From NCBI GenBank assembly GCA_029262255.1, contig JAJCZT010000017.1:1-46504 (forward strand): a stretch of DNA of 46,504 bases, written 5' to 3'. The notes beneath the pieces are model-generated. The model saw only the letters and a list, made by a program, of their open reading frames with translations, was not told where the DNA came from and ran no database searches. The translations under genes and the position numbers were made by a program. How positions within the stretch are numbered: position 1 is the first letter of the stretch; each line of letters opens with the position of its first letter. Positions 1-7,444 of this stretch are shown one piece after another. This DNA is from Deltaproteobacteria bacterium. GTDB lineage: Bacteria > Desulfobacterota_D > UBA1144 > Nemesobacterales > UBA2774.

Positions 1-632
1 CGCTTGCTATTCCTTCCTCGGTGATGGCTTCACGAGCGCAGTATAAAGCCGGCAAGTTAGATTTAAATTTTCTAAAGGGATGGGTCCCGGCGCTAGTGAT
101 AGGAGTACTCATAGGTATATTCGTAATGCGGTATGTGTCGAGCCGGTTTTTAGAGGAAGTATTCGCAATAGTAATTCTTATTGTTTCCGTACAGATGTTT
201 TTTACCAACAGTGAGTTCAAAATCACTAAAGAATTTCCAGGGGTTATAATAAAAGCCTTCTCGGCGTTAATTGTAGGCTTTTTATCAATGATGATGGGAC
301 TTACCGGAGGTAGTTTCACCACCCCCGTGCTCACCGCGTTTGGATACCCTATTCACCGCTCAATAGCGGTTGCCACTGCGGGAGGTCTCTTTATTAGTAT
401 TATTGGAGCAACAGGGTCAGTTATAAACGGTATCGGAGTTCAAGGCAGACCTGAATTTTCTTTAGGCTATATGGATTTAACAGCTGTACTTGTTATGATA
501 GTTCCCATAATAATTATGGCCCCTCAGGGGGTAAGGCTTGCTAACTATCTTAGCAAGGAGAGGTTAAGGAAAATCTTTGCGATCTTCTTGTTTATAGTTG
601 CATTGGATATGATACGTACACTTTATTTTTAG
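1..632 (+). CDS. TSUP (TauE/SafE-type) permease, 5'-truncated by the window edge
   Basis: The frame is open from base 3 (LAIPSSVMAS...), so the gene begins upstream of the window. The product is almost entirely hydrophobic helices with Gly-rich motifs (MMGLTGGSFTTP, ATAGGLFISIIGATGS), as in TauE/SafE-family exporters. Confidence 0.6.
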   Translation, partial: LAIPSSVMASRAQYKAGKLDLNFLKGWVPALVIGVLIGIFVMRYVSSRFLEEVFAIVILIVSVQMFFTNSEFKITKEFPGVIIKAFSALIVGFLSMMMGLTGGSFTTPVLTAFGYPIHRSIAVATAGGLFISIIGATGSVINGIGVQGRPEFSLGYMDLTAVLVMIVPIIIMAPQGVRLANYLSKERLRKIFAIFLFIVALDMIRTLYF

Positions 633-648
633 AACGGGTGTTTAAAAT

Positions 649-1062
649 ATGCGAACATTAGCACTTGATGTTGGGACTAAAACAATCGGCGTCGCGGTAA
701 GCGATGAGCTTGGGATTACGTCTAACGGCGTGACTACGATTAAGAGAAGAGATTTAAAACAGGACTTAAGTGAGCTTAATGCCTTAATACAAGAGTATAA
801 GCCGGGGGAGATTCTTGTCGGTGTTCCTTATCAGATGGACGGGAGCGTCAGCGAAAGAGGGGATCAGATTTTAAAGTTCTCAGATAAAATAAGTGAGGCT
901 TTCTCGTTGCCTATTGTGTTCTGGGATGAAAGCTACTCCACTGTTAACGCTGAGGAAAAACTTATAGAGGCCAACCTCAGTAGAAAAAAAAGAAAGAAGG
1001 TAATAGACAAGATGGCTGCGGTTTTTATACTTCAGGAATATCTGGAATCGAAAAGGATTTGA
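649..1062 (+). CDS. ruvX: Holliday-junction resolvase-like / pre-16S rRNA nuclease YqgF (RuvX)
   Basis: The N-terminus LALDVGTKTIGVAVSD is the RNase H-fold YqgF signature. Length is 137 aa and the protein ends with AAVFILQEYL. Confidence 0.85.
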   Translation: MRTLALDVGTKTIGVAVSDELGITSNGVTTIKRRDLKQDLSELNALIQEYKPGEILVGVPYQMDGSVSERGDQILKFSDKISEAFSLPIVFWDESYSTVNAEEKLIEANLSRKKRKKVIDKMAAVFILQEYLESKRI

Positions 1063-1082
1063 ATTTAGGAGATTTGTAGACG

Positions 1083-1874
1083 ATGCCCTATGCGCATGTG
1101 AATGGAGTAAAACTTTATTATAAAACTTATGGCGAAGGCGATCCTGTAATTCTTATAGGAGGGCTGGGGAGCCAGCTTCAGAGCTGGGCAACACAGGTTC
1201 CGATATACTCAAAACATTTCAAGGTTGTTGTTTTTGATAACAGAGGGTCGGGAAAATCGGATAAGCCTGAAACACGGTACTCAACTGAGGATATGGCGCA
1301 CGATACAGCCTTGTTAATGAATGAGCTTGGTATCGGATCAGCCCACGTTGTCGGGAAATCAATGGGCGGAATGATAGGGCAGTGGTTAGCCATTAAACAT
1401 CCTGAAAAAGTACAAAAGCTTGTTCTAGGATGCTCATCCGCCTCACGCGATGAGGTGGGGAATGAAATTCTCCGGATGGGAAGAGAAATTGCCACTAAAC
1501 AGGGCACCAAAGCTGTCTGGCTTATGGCGCTTTATCTCGGCTATACGAGAGAGTATATAGAGAAAAATCTAGGGACTATTAAAGAGGCCATGTCTTTAGT
1601 GCCCGAAGATCCCGAGGCGCTTAAAGGTTACATAGGACAGAGCTTTGCATGTGAGGGGCATAATACGCGTGAGCAGCTTAATCAAATCAGCGCCTCGACG
1701 CTTATAATGCTTGGGGAAGGTGATCTTATCGCATCTCCCAAGCGCTCAAAAGAGCTTTCCGATCGTATTCCTGATTCCGAATTAAAAGTTTTTACCGGGG
1801 TGGGTCACGGGTTCTGGAGAGAAAGACAGGAAGAAGTGGACAAGCTGGTCTTAGATTTTTTGCTTAGCGGGTAA
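1083..1874 (+). CDS. alpha/beta-fold hydrolase
   Basis: It has the nucleophile elbow GKSMGG (G-x-S-x-G), an oxyanion region VILIGGLGS and a C-terminal catalytic His in GVGHGF. An AGGAG sits 12 nt upstream of the ATG. Confidence 0.8.
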   Translation: MPYAHVNGVKLYYKTYGEGDPVILIGGLGSQLQSWATQVPIYSKHFKVVVFDNRGSGKSDKPETRYSTEDMAHDTALLMNELGIGSAHVVGKSMGGMIGQWLAIKHPEKVQKLVLGCSSASRDEVGNEILRMGREIATKQGTKAVWLMALYLGYTREYIEKNLGTIKEAMSLVPEDPEALKGYIGQSFACEGHNTREQLNQISASTLIMLGEGDLIASPKRSKELSDRIPDSELKVFTGVGHGFWRERQEEVDKLVLDFLLSG

Positions 1875-1875
1875 T

Positions 1876-2583
1876 TTAATTCAGGTTCCTCTTCTCTATT
1901 ATTTTCTTTCTCTTCTGAGAAGTTATAGATACAATCTCAAGCCTTGTTTGTAAATCGGCAATTATGATTTCTGCTCTTTTGAGTACATTTGTTTCTTCCA
2001 AGAGCCTCTGCTTGTCAAAAACATTAGAAAAAATAAAACCGGCCAAAGCATCTGTAAGATTTTCCAGAGGAAGTTTTGTATTTATGTTGATTCTATGTGC
2101 TTTCTGCTTTTCATTTAAATAAAGATTCCACTTATATATAAGTTCCTCTATTTTGCCTCTGTATATATCATCCTTAGTGTCAGGGTTATTATCCATAATG
2201 CTTACCCGGGCGAGTCTATACGGCCGATCCGTTATTATTTCTTGTATTTTCGCTCTTTTTAATCCGTAGAGAATTATATTGATTTTACCATCTTCAAACA
2301 CTTCAGAGCTAACTATTTTTCCCATGCCGATCACATCATGTACATCGGGATTGCCGTAATAATCACTTTCCCACCCGGGCTTAAGTAGCGCCATTCCTAT
2401 TATTTTCTCATTATCTATAGCCGCATTTACCATTTCTTTATATCTTGGCTCAAATATATGGAGAGGAAGGAGAGTATTGGGGAAAAATACTACGGAAGAA
2501 AGTGGGAAAAGGGGCACTATCCCTGAAAAACTCTCAAGATTAGCTACGTCTTTTAGATCTAGTTCCGGTAGTTCCATTTGCAA
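1876..2583 (-). CDS. LON N-terminal (substrate-binding) domain protein, stand-alone
   Basis: VPLFPLSSVVFFPNTLLPLHIFEPRYKEMV is the classic Lon N-domain start. There is no AAA or protease domain. Its stop lies 1 nt from the convergent hydrolase stop. Confidence 0.75.
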   Translation of the reverse strand: MQMELPELDLKDVANLESFSGIVPLFPLSSVVFFPNTLLPLHIFEPRYKEMVNAAIDNEKIIGMALLKPGWESDYYGNPDVHDVIGMGKIVSSEVFEDGKINIILYGLKRAKIQEIITDRPYRLARVSIMDNNPDTKDDIYRGKIEELIYKWNLYLNEKQKAHRININTKLPLENLTDALAGFIFSNVFDKQRLLEETNVLKRAEIIIADLQTRLEIVSITSQKRKKIIEKRNLN

Positions 2584-2715
2584 TATCCCGTCTCAATCAG
2601 TTTTAGATTAAGTATAACATATGGATATTCTATACTACTTGCTATTGTGAAGCTTGTAGGAATAACGCAGGATACATAATACAGAATATAAAGCTTAATA
2701 CCGCCTGAAAATACC

Positions 2716-2873
2716 GTCATTCCCGAATGTTTTAATCGGGAATCTCGCTTTTCTGTCATTCTGAATTTATTTCAGGATCTCGTTTTTTATTATATTAGAC
2801 TCTTCGTTTCATTTAGAGTGACAGCTTATGCCTTCTCATTCTGAGCACTGTCGACGGCGCTCAGGGCAGAGTC
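2716..2873. repeat. three tandem diverged copies of a small palindromic REP/MITE-like element (GTCATTC-stem-loop-stem-GAATC)
   Basis: Copy A, 2716-2747: GTCATTCCCGA-atgttttaa-TCGGGAATCTCG. Copy B, 2755-2782: GTCATTCTGAA-tttat-TTCAGGATCTCG. Copy C, 2835-2873: CTCATTCTGAGC-actgtcgacggc-GCTCAGGGCAGAGTC. Copy B shares 21 identical nt with the element at 40991. Confidence 0.7.
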
Positions 2874-2965
2874 TTCACTAGGTAATTAAGATAGCCTCTG
2901 AATCCTTTTTGGATAGACCATTATCTAAGTAGGCAAGTAGCTTATGAATTCAGGGAGGTAATATA

Positions 2966-3307
2966 ATGAATAAAACAATAACTCTAAATGACGATAATTT
3001 CGAATCCGAAGTCCTCAATTCTGAGATTCCGGTTCTAGTAGACTTCTGGGCTGAGTGGTGTGGTCCGTGTAGAGCGCTGGCACCGGCTATTGAAGAGATT
3101 GCGGAAGATTACGAAGGTAAAGTGAAGGTCGGGAAGCTCAATGTGGATGAAAATCCCGGCGCTCCATCAGCATATGATGTCAGGAGTATCCCAACTCTTA
3201 TAGTTTTTAAAAATGGGGCGGTTCTCGAGCGTATTGTCGGGGCCCTTCCAAAAAATCATATTGTGGATTTAGTTGATTCTGCGCTTGAATGGAAGAAAAC
3301 CGGATAG
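2966..3307 (+). CDS. trxA: thioredoxin
   Basis: Active site WAEWCGPCR, length 113 aa, and a GGGAGG Shine-Dalgarno 7 nt upstream. Confidence 0.95.
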   Translation: MNKTITLNDDNFESEVLNSEIPVLVDFWAEWCGPCRALAPAIEEIAEDYEGKVKVGKLNVDENPGAPSAYDVRSIPTLIVFKNGAVLERIVGALPKNHIVDLVDSALEWKKTG

Positions 3308-3349
3308 ATTTTGCCCATTTAAACAGAATACATATTAACAATCTGCCAA

Positions 3350-3400
3350 AGAGAAATTCTAGTTTTTCGTCCTAACTTATCGGAAAATTAGAATTTCTCT
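3350..3400 (+). terminator. long AT-rich imperfect hairpin downstream of trxA (possible terminator or regulatory structure)
   Basis: agagaaattctagtttttcg (3350-3369) pairs with cggaaaattagaatttctct (3381-3400) at 18 of 20 positions, with an 11-nt loop. It is followed by a T-rich stretch, ctgtttcttaagtttt. The stem is GC-poor, so terminator function is uncertain. Confidence 0.3.
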
Positions 3401-3458
3401 CTGTTTCTTAAGTTTTAATCCTTTTGCCAACAGCAAGCTGCAAATAGCAAGCCCATGT

Positions 3459-3487
3459 TTGAACCGCATTACCCCTTCGGTTAGAAT
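3459..3487 (+). promoter_or_regulatory. sigma70-like promoter, TTGAAC-N17-TAGAAT, positioned for a leaderless transcript
   Basis: The -35 TTGAAC is at 3459-3464, the spacer is 17 nt and the -10 TAGAAT is at 3482-3487. The -10 ends 6 nt before ATG 3494, and no Shine-Dalgarno is visible upstream of that ATG. Confidence 0.35.
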
Positions 3488-3493
3488 TTCACA

Positions 3494-4054
3494 ATGGCAA
3501 AAATGAGAATAACAAAAGTCTATACTAAGACTGGAGACCAGGGCCTCACATCACTTGTTGGCGGAGCCAGGGTTAGTAAAGCATCGCTCCGAGTGGATTC
3601 ATACGGAGATGTGGACGAACTAAACGCCGTGCTAGGCATCATTCGTTCTCAGGGAGTGGACGGCGAGATTAATAGCTTATTGATCATAATTCAAAATGAT
3701 CTATTTATAATGGGCGCTGATCTGGCGAGTCCCCCTGACATTGAGGTTCCAAGAGTAAGTAAAGAAAGCGTAGAGAATCTTGAGGCCGCGATTGACAAAT
3801 TTCTCGAGGAGCTTCAGCCCCTTAAAGAGTTTATTCTCCCTAGCGGTAATACCGCTGGATCGTATCTTCATTTTGCGAGAACTGTGTCCAGAAGAGCTGA
3901 GAGAAAGGTTGCTAAATTAATGGAAGAAGAAGAGATAGGTGAGAATGTTCTAATATATCTAAACCGCCTGTCTGATTTACTTTTTGTTATGGCCAGGGTT
4001 GAAAATCAACGAGGCAACTTTAAAGAAACTTTTGTAGATTTTAAGAAAGAATAG
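3494..4054 (+). CDS. ATP:cob(I)alamin adenosyltransferase, PduO type
   Basis: KVYTKTGDQGLTSLVGGARVSKASLRVDSYGDVDELNAVLG matches the PduO-type N-terminal signature. The start could be ATG 3494 or ATG 3503. Confidence 0.85.
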   Translation: MAKMRITKVYTKTGDQGLTSLVGGARVSKASLRVDSYGDVDELNAVLGIIRSQGVDGEINSLLIIIQNDLFIMGADLASPPDIEVPRVSKESVENLEAAIDKFLEELQPLKEFILPSGNTAGSYLHFARTVSRRAERKVAKLMEEEEIGENVLIYLNRLSDLLFVMARVENQRGNFKETFVDFKKE

Positions 4055-4149
4055 AGAGCGCATATAAAATAGATATTAATATAGTAAACCCCGAAATTGA
4101 TGATTATTTAGACACTCTTGTCCCAAATGCAGACGATGTTCTTTCAGAT

Positions 4150-4701
4150 ATGGAGGAATTGGCCCGGGAGAAGGAATTTCCAATAGTAGGCCGGCAGGTT
4201 GGGAGTTTTCTTTATCAGCTTGCAATAACTATTAACGCCAAGAGTGTATTAGAATTAGGGTCTGGTTTTGGTTATTCCGCTTATTGGTTTGCAAAAGCTG
4301 TAGGCGAAGATGGTCAGGTAGTTTTTACTGATTTATCTTCGGAGAACATAGATCTTGCTAGACAATTTTTTAAACGCGGAGGGTTCCAAGACAGAATACA
4401 AATTCATCTTGAGGACGGTGCTCTGATTTTAGACGAAATTTCAGGGGAGTTTGATATCATTTTTAATGATATAGAGAAAGAAGACTATCCTCAAATAATA
4501 GATAGAGCATATAACAAATTACGGTCCGGAGGACTGTTTATTACAGACAATGTGCTATGGCACGGCAGAGTTTTATCCCAAGATAACTCGCCTCCTACAG
4601 AGGGAGTAAGAGGATTTACGGAACTTCTTATGTCTCATAAGGGTTTTTATACTACGATCATACCAATTAGGGACGGCCTATCTATTAGCGTAAAATTATA
4701 G
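4150..4701 (+). CDS. class I SAM-dependent O-methyltransferase (family 3, YrrM/caffeoyl-CoA OMT-like); the true start is probably upstream at a non-canonical codon (4051-4081)
   Basis: It has the SAM motif VLELGSGFGYSAYW and the downstream motifs FDIIFNDIEKEDY and GGLFITDNVLWHG. The coordinates use the first ATG. The conserved N-terminal sequence IVNPEIDDYLDTLVP continues in frame upstream (see findings). Confidence 0.8.
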   Translation: MEELAREKEFPIVGRQVGSFLYQLAITINAKSVLELGSGFGYSAYWFAKAVGEDGQVVFTDLSSENIDLARQFFKRGGFQDRIQIHLEDGALILDEISGEFDIIFNDIEKEDYPQIIDRAYNKLRSGGLFITDNVLWHGRVLSQDNSPPTEGVRGFTELLMSHKGFYTTIIPIRDGLSISVKL

Positions 4702-4719
4702 CTATAATTAGGAAGAGAA

Positions 4720-7374
4720 ATGAAGAAGGCAGATAATTTAGCTTTAGAGACAAGTGAACTAAGCAAGAATATAAAGCTCAGACTTATCCGTAAAGAAAAC
4801 GAGCTTAGGGATCTCCATACTAAAAAAGCTAAACGCGACAAGGCGTTATCAGGGAGCATTCTCGCTAAAAAAAGATCAGAGATTGTGGACAAATTAATAA
4901 AGCAAGCACTTGTCCAGCAAGGTTTTAAAGATCTAAAAAATGTAGCAATAGTTGCGCTGGGAGGATATGGTAGAAACGAGCTTTGTCCCTATTCGGATAT
5001 AGACCTTATGTTTCTTTATAAACCGCGCAACAAGTCCTTTGCAAAAGATGTTACCGAAAAACTGCTTTATCTCCTTTGGGATTTGAATTTCGAGGTGGGT
5101 CATTGTGTAAGAACAATTGATGAATGTTTGGAGCTTTCCGTAGAGGAAGATGAGGATACGACTATCCTCACATCACTTTTGGACAGCCGCTTTATTTTTG
5201 GAGATAAAGAGCTTTATAAAGATTTTGACAAGAGACTTTTTAATGATCTGCTTCCAGGTATTTCATCTAAATTTATTCAAAGCAAAATTGAAGAAAATGA
5301 AGAGAGAATCGATAGGTTCGGAAGGTCGATTTATCTCATCGAACCTAACGTAAAAGAAGGTGAAGGCGGGCTTAGAGATATCCACTACGCGCTATGGATA
5401 GCGCAGGCTAAATTTAAAGTCAAGAGCTTAACGGAGCTCCTTCCAAAAGGAATATTGCTGGAAAAGGAATTGAGAACCTTGGAGAAGGGGCTTAATTTTC
5501 TTCTATTAATCAGATCCGAGCTCCATTACCTGTCTAACAGAAGAGAGGACAGACTGGGTTTTGAGTTTCAAGAAAAAATTGCGAATTTCTTAGGTTTTAA
5601 AGACGCGGAGCTGCCCGCGGTAGAAAGATTTATGAGGATATATTATTTAAGGGCAAACGAGATAAGGGAGCAGTCCAACAGACTTATAGAGAAATGCGTG
5701 ACTGAACCCAGAGTAAAGATTCGAGCGCCCAAAACCGTACATCTGGAACACGATTTTATAATTCAGGGCGGCATGTTGTCGGCTTCAAATGCTGATCTTT
5801 TAAAAAAAGACCCGGCCAATTTAATGAGGGCCTTCGAATATTCTGACAAGCATGAAATAAAAATGAGCCGTTATCTCATTGAATTGATTAGAGAGTCGGT
5901 GAGTCTTACCACAATCGATGATAGTGTAAGAACCAATCCGGAACTTAACGCTTCTTTTTTAAGGATTCTTAGAAAAGGCAAGAATGTTGCCGATACCCTT
6001 TTTGAAATGAATAGACTTAGGCTTTTAGGCTACTTTATTCCCGAATTTGGCAAAATAGTGTGTATGGGCCAGCACGACGCCTATCATGTATACACCGTGG
6101 ATGTTCACTCAATATTTATGGTAAGGGAGATTGAAAATCTTATCAATTATAAATATGATGAAGACTTCCCTCTGCTAACCAAGACTGCTGAGTCAGTTAT
6201 GAAGAGGCACGTTCTCTATCTTGCCTGCCTATTTCATGATATGGGTAAAGGTGAGGGAAGAAACCACGCCCAAAAGGGAGCGGCTATGATCCCTAAAATT
6301 TCTAAGCGAATGGGCTTGTCCAGAGAAGATAGTGAACAGCTGGAGTTCTTGGTTAAGCACCACTTGATTATGACGCATTTTTCTCAGAGGCGAGATATTC
6401 ACGATTTTAGCTTAATTGCGAGATTTGCGAGATCCGTTAAAACCCTAGAGACGCTATCCTTACTCTATCTTCTAACATTTGCTGATGTTAGATCAGTAGG
6501 GCCGGATGTCTGGACCAACTGGAAGGGTATGCTGTTAAAAGAGCTATATATTAGGACCGTAAATGTTTTAGAGCAGGGCGAGTTCAAAAAGGAAGAGCCT
6601 AAAGATAGGCTGAAAAGGGTAACAGAGGATGTAACAAAAATTCTAGAGAAAAAGGTAGCTAAAAAAAGCGTAAAAAATATCTTGTCTAAAATGCCTGATT
6701 CATATTTTCTTGGATTCTCCCCCCGCAAAATTGCAAGCCACGTTGAATTTATAAATAAATCAAGAGGAGTAATAGGATTTGATCTGTCGTTTTATCCGAA
6801 TCAGGAATTTGATGAGCTTACTGTTTGGGGAATAGATGAGCCAGGAATATTTTCAAGATTTTGTGGAGTTATAAGGGCTAGCGGCTTAAATGTTCTTGGG
6901 GCCAGGATTGCAACCAGGAGTGATGGAAGGATCTTGGATGTCTTTTATGTGAACAGACTTGGCAAGTCCAGTGGCAGGGAAGATGAAATATTAAAGAAAC
7001 TGGATAGAAATTTAAACGGTGTATTGTCGGGCAAGCTTGATTTAGAAAAGCTTGTTGCAAAGAGGAAAAAAGATAAATCGCTTTACGGTAAAGCTATTCC
7101 TCAGTACCCAACGCGTATTGAAGTAGACAACGAGTCTTCTGATCAAGCTACGATAATCGACGTTTACACATATGATCGGGGCGGGTTGTTATTTGATATT
7201 ACTAAAACAATTAAAGAGCTCGATCTATCAATCGAATATGCCAAAATTTCAACTAAGGTAGATCAGGTTGTTGATGCTTTTTATGTTGTTGACGATAGAG
7301 GGAAGAAAATTACAGATACGGAAAGGATTGAGGATATTAAAGCAGCTATCTTTAATTCCATTGCTAACGGGTAA
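4720..7374 (+). CDS. glnD: [protein-PII] uridylyltransferase / uridylyl-removing enzyme
   Basis: It has the nucleotidyltransferase motif GGYGRNELCPYSDIDLMFLY, an HD domain (YHVYTVDVHS ... LFHDMGKG) and two C-terminal ACT-like repeats. Length is 884 aa. Confidence 0.9.
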   Translation: MKKADNLALETSELSKNIKLRLIRKENELRDLHTKKAKRDKALSGSILAKKRSEIVDKLIKQALVQQGFKDLKNVAIVALGGYGRNELCPYSDIDLMFLYKPRNKSFAKDVTEKLLYLLWDLNFEVGHCVRTIDECLELSVEEDEDTTILTSLLDSRFIFGDKELYKDFDKRLFNDLLPGISSKFIQSKIEENEERIDRFGRSIYLIEPNVKEGEGGLRDIHYALWIAQAKFKVKSLTELLPKGILLEKELRTLEKGLNFLLLIRSELHYLSNRREDRLGFEFQEKIANFLGFKDAELPAVERFMRIYYLRANEIREQSNRLIEKCVTEPRVKIRAPKTVHLEHDFIIQGGMLSASNADLLKKDPANLMRAFEYSDKHEIKMSRYLIELIRESVSLTTIDDSVRTNPELNASFLRILRKGKNVADTLFEMNRLRLLGYFIPEFGKIVCMGQHDAYHVYTVDVHSIFMVREIENLINYKYDEDFPLLTKTAESVMKRHVLYLACLFHDMGKGEGRNHAQKGAAMIPKISKRMGLSREDSEQLEFLVKHHLIMTHFSQRRDIHDFSLIARFARSVKTLETLSLLYLLTFADVRSVGPDVWTNWKGMLLKELYIRTVNVLEQGEFKKEEPKDRLKRVTEDVTKILEKKVAKKSVKNILSKMPDSYFLGFSPRKIASHVEFINKSRGVIGFDLSFYPNQEFDELTVWGIDEPGIFSRFCGVIRASGLNVLGARIATRSDGRILDVFYVNRLGKSSGREDEILKKLDRNLNGVLSGKLDLEKLVAKRKKDKSLYGKAIPQYPTRIEVDNESSDQATIIDVYTYDRGGLLFDITKTIKELDLSIEYAKISTKVDQVVDAFYVVDDRGKKITDTERIEDIKAAIFNSIANG

Positions 7375-7444
7375 GCTATTCTCTGGCCTTGGTTTCAAGA
7401 CTGAAATACACAACAATCTATTTAAGCGGATTAGAAACTTCAAT

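Noticed and set aside
2559-2759. 66-aa ORF in the Lon-N/trxA intergenic region
   Set aside because: It overlaps the start of the Lon-N gene and is a read-through of the palindromic GTCATTC...GAATC repeats. Such repeats commonly generate spurious small ORFs.
3308-3493. Possible cobalamin riboswitch upstream of the cobalamin adenosyltransferase gene
   Set aside because: No B12-box-like conserved core could be recognised, and the region is too short and AT-rich for the roughly 200-nt riboswitch fold. A covariance-model scan (Rfam RF00174) would settle it.
7268-7444. 59-codon N-terminal extension of the nadB ORF overlapping the end of glnD
   Set aside because: The extension has no similarity to NadB. 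The FAD-binding fold begins right after ATG 7445 (MNRKELTEIHSDFLIIGSGLAG).
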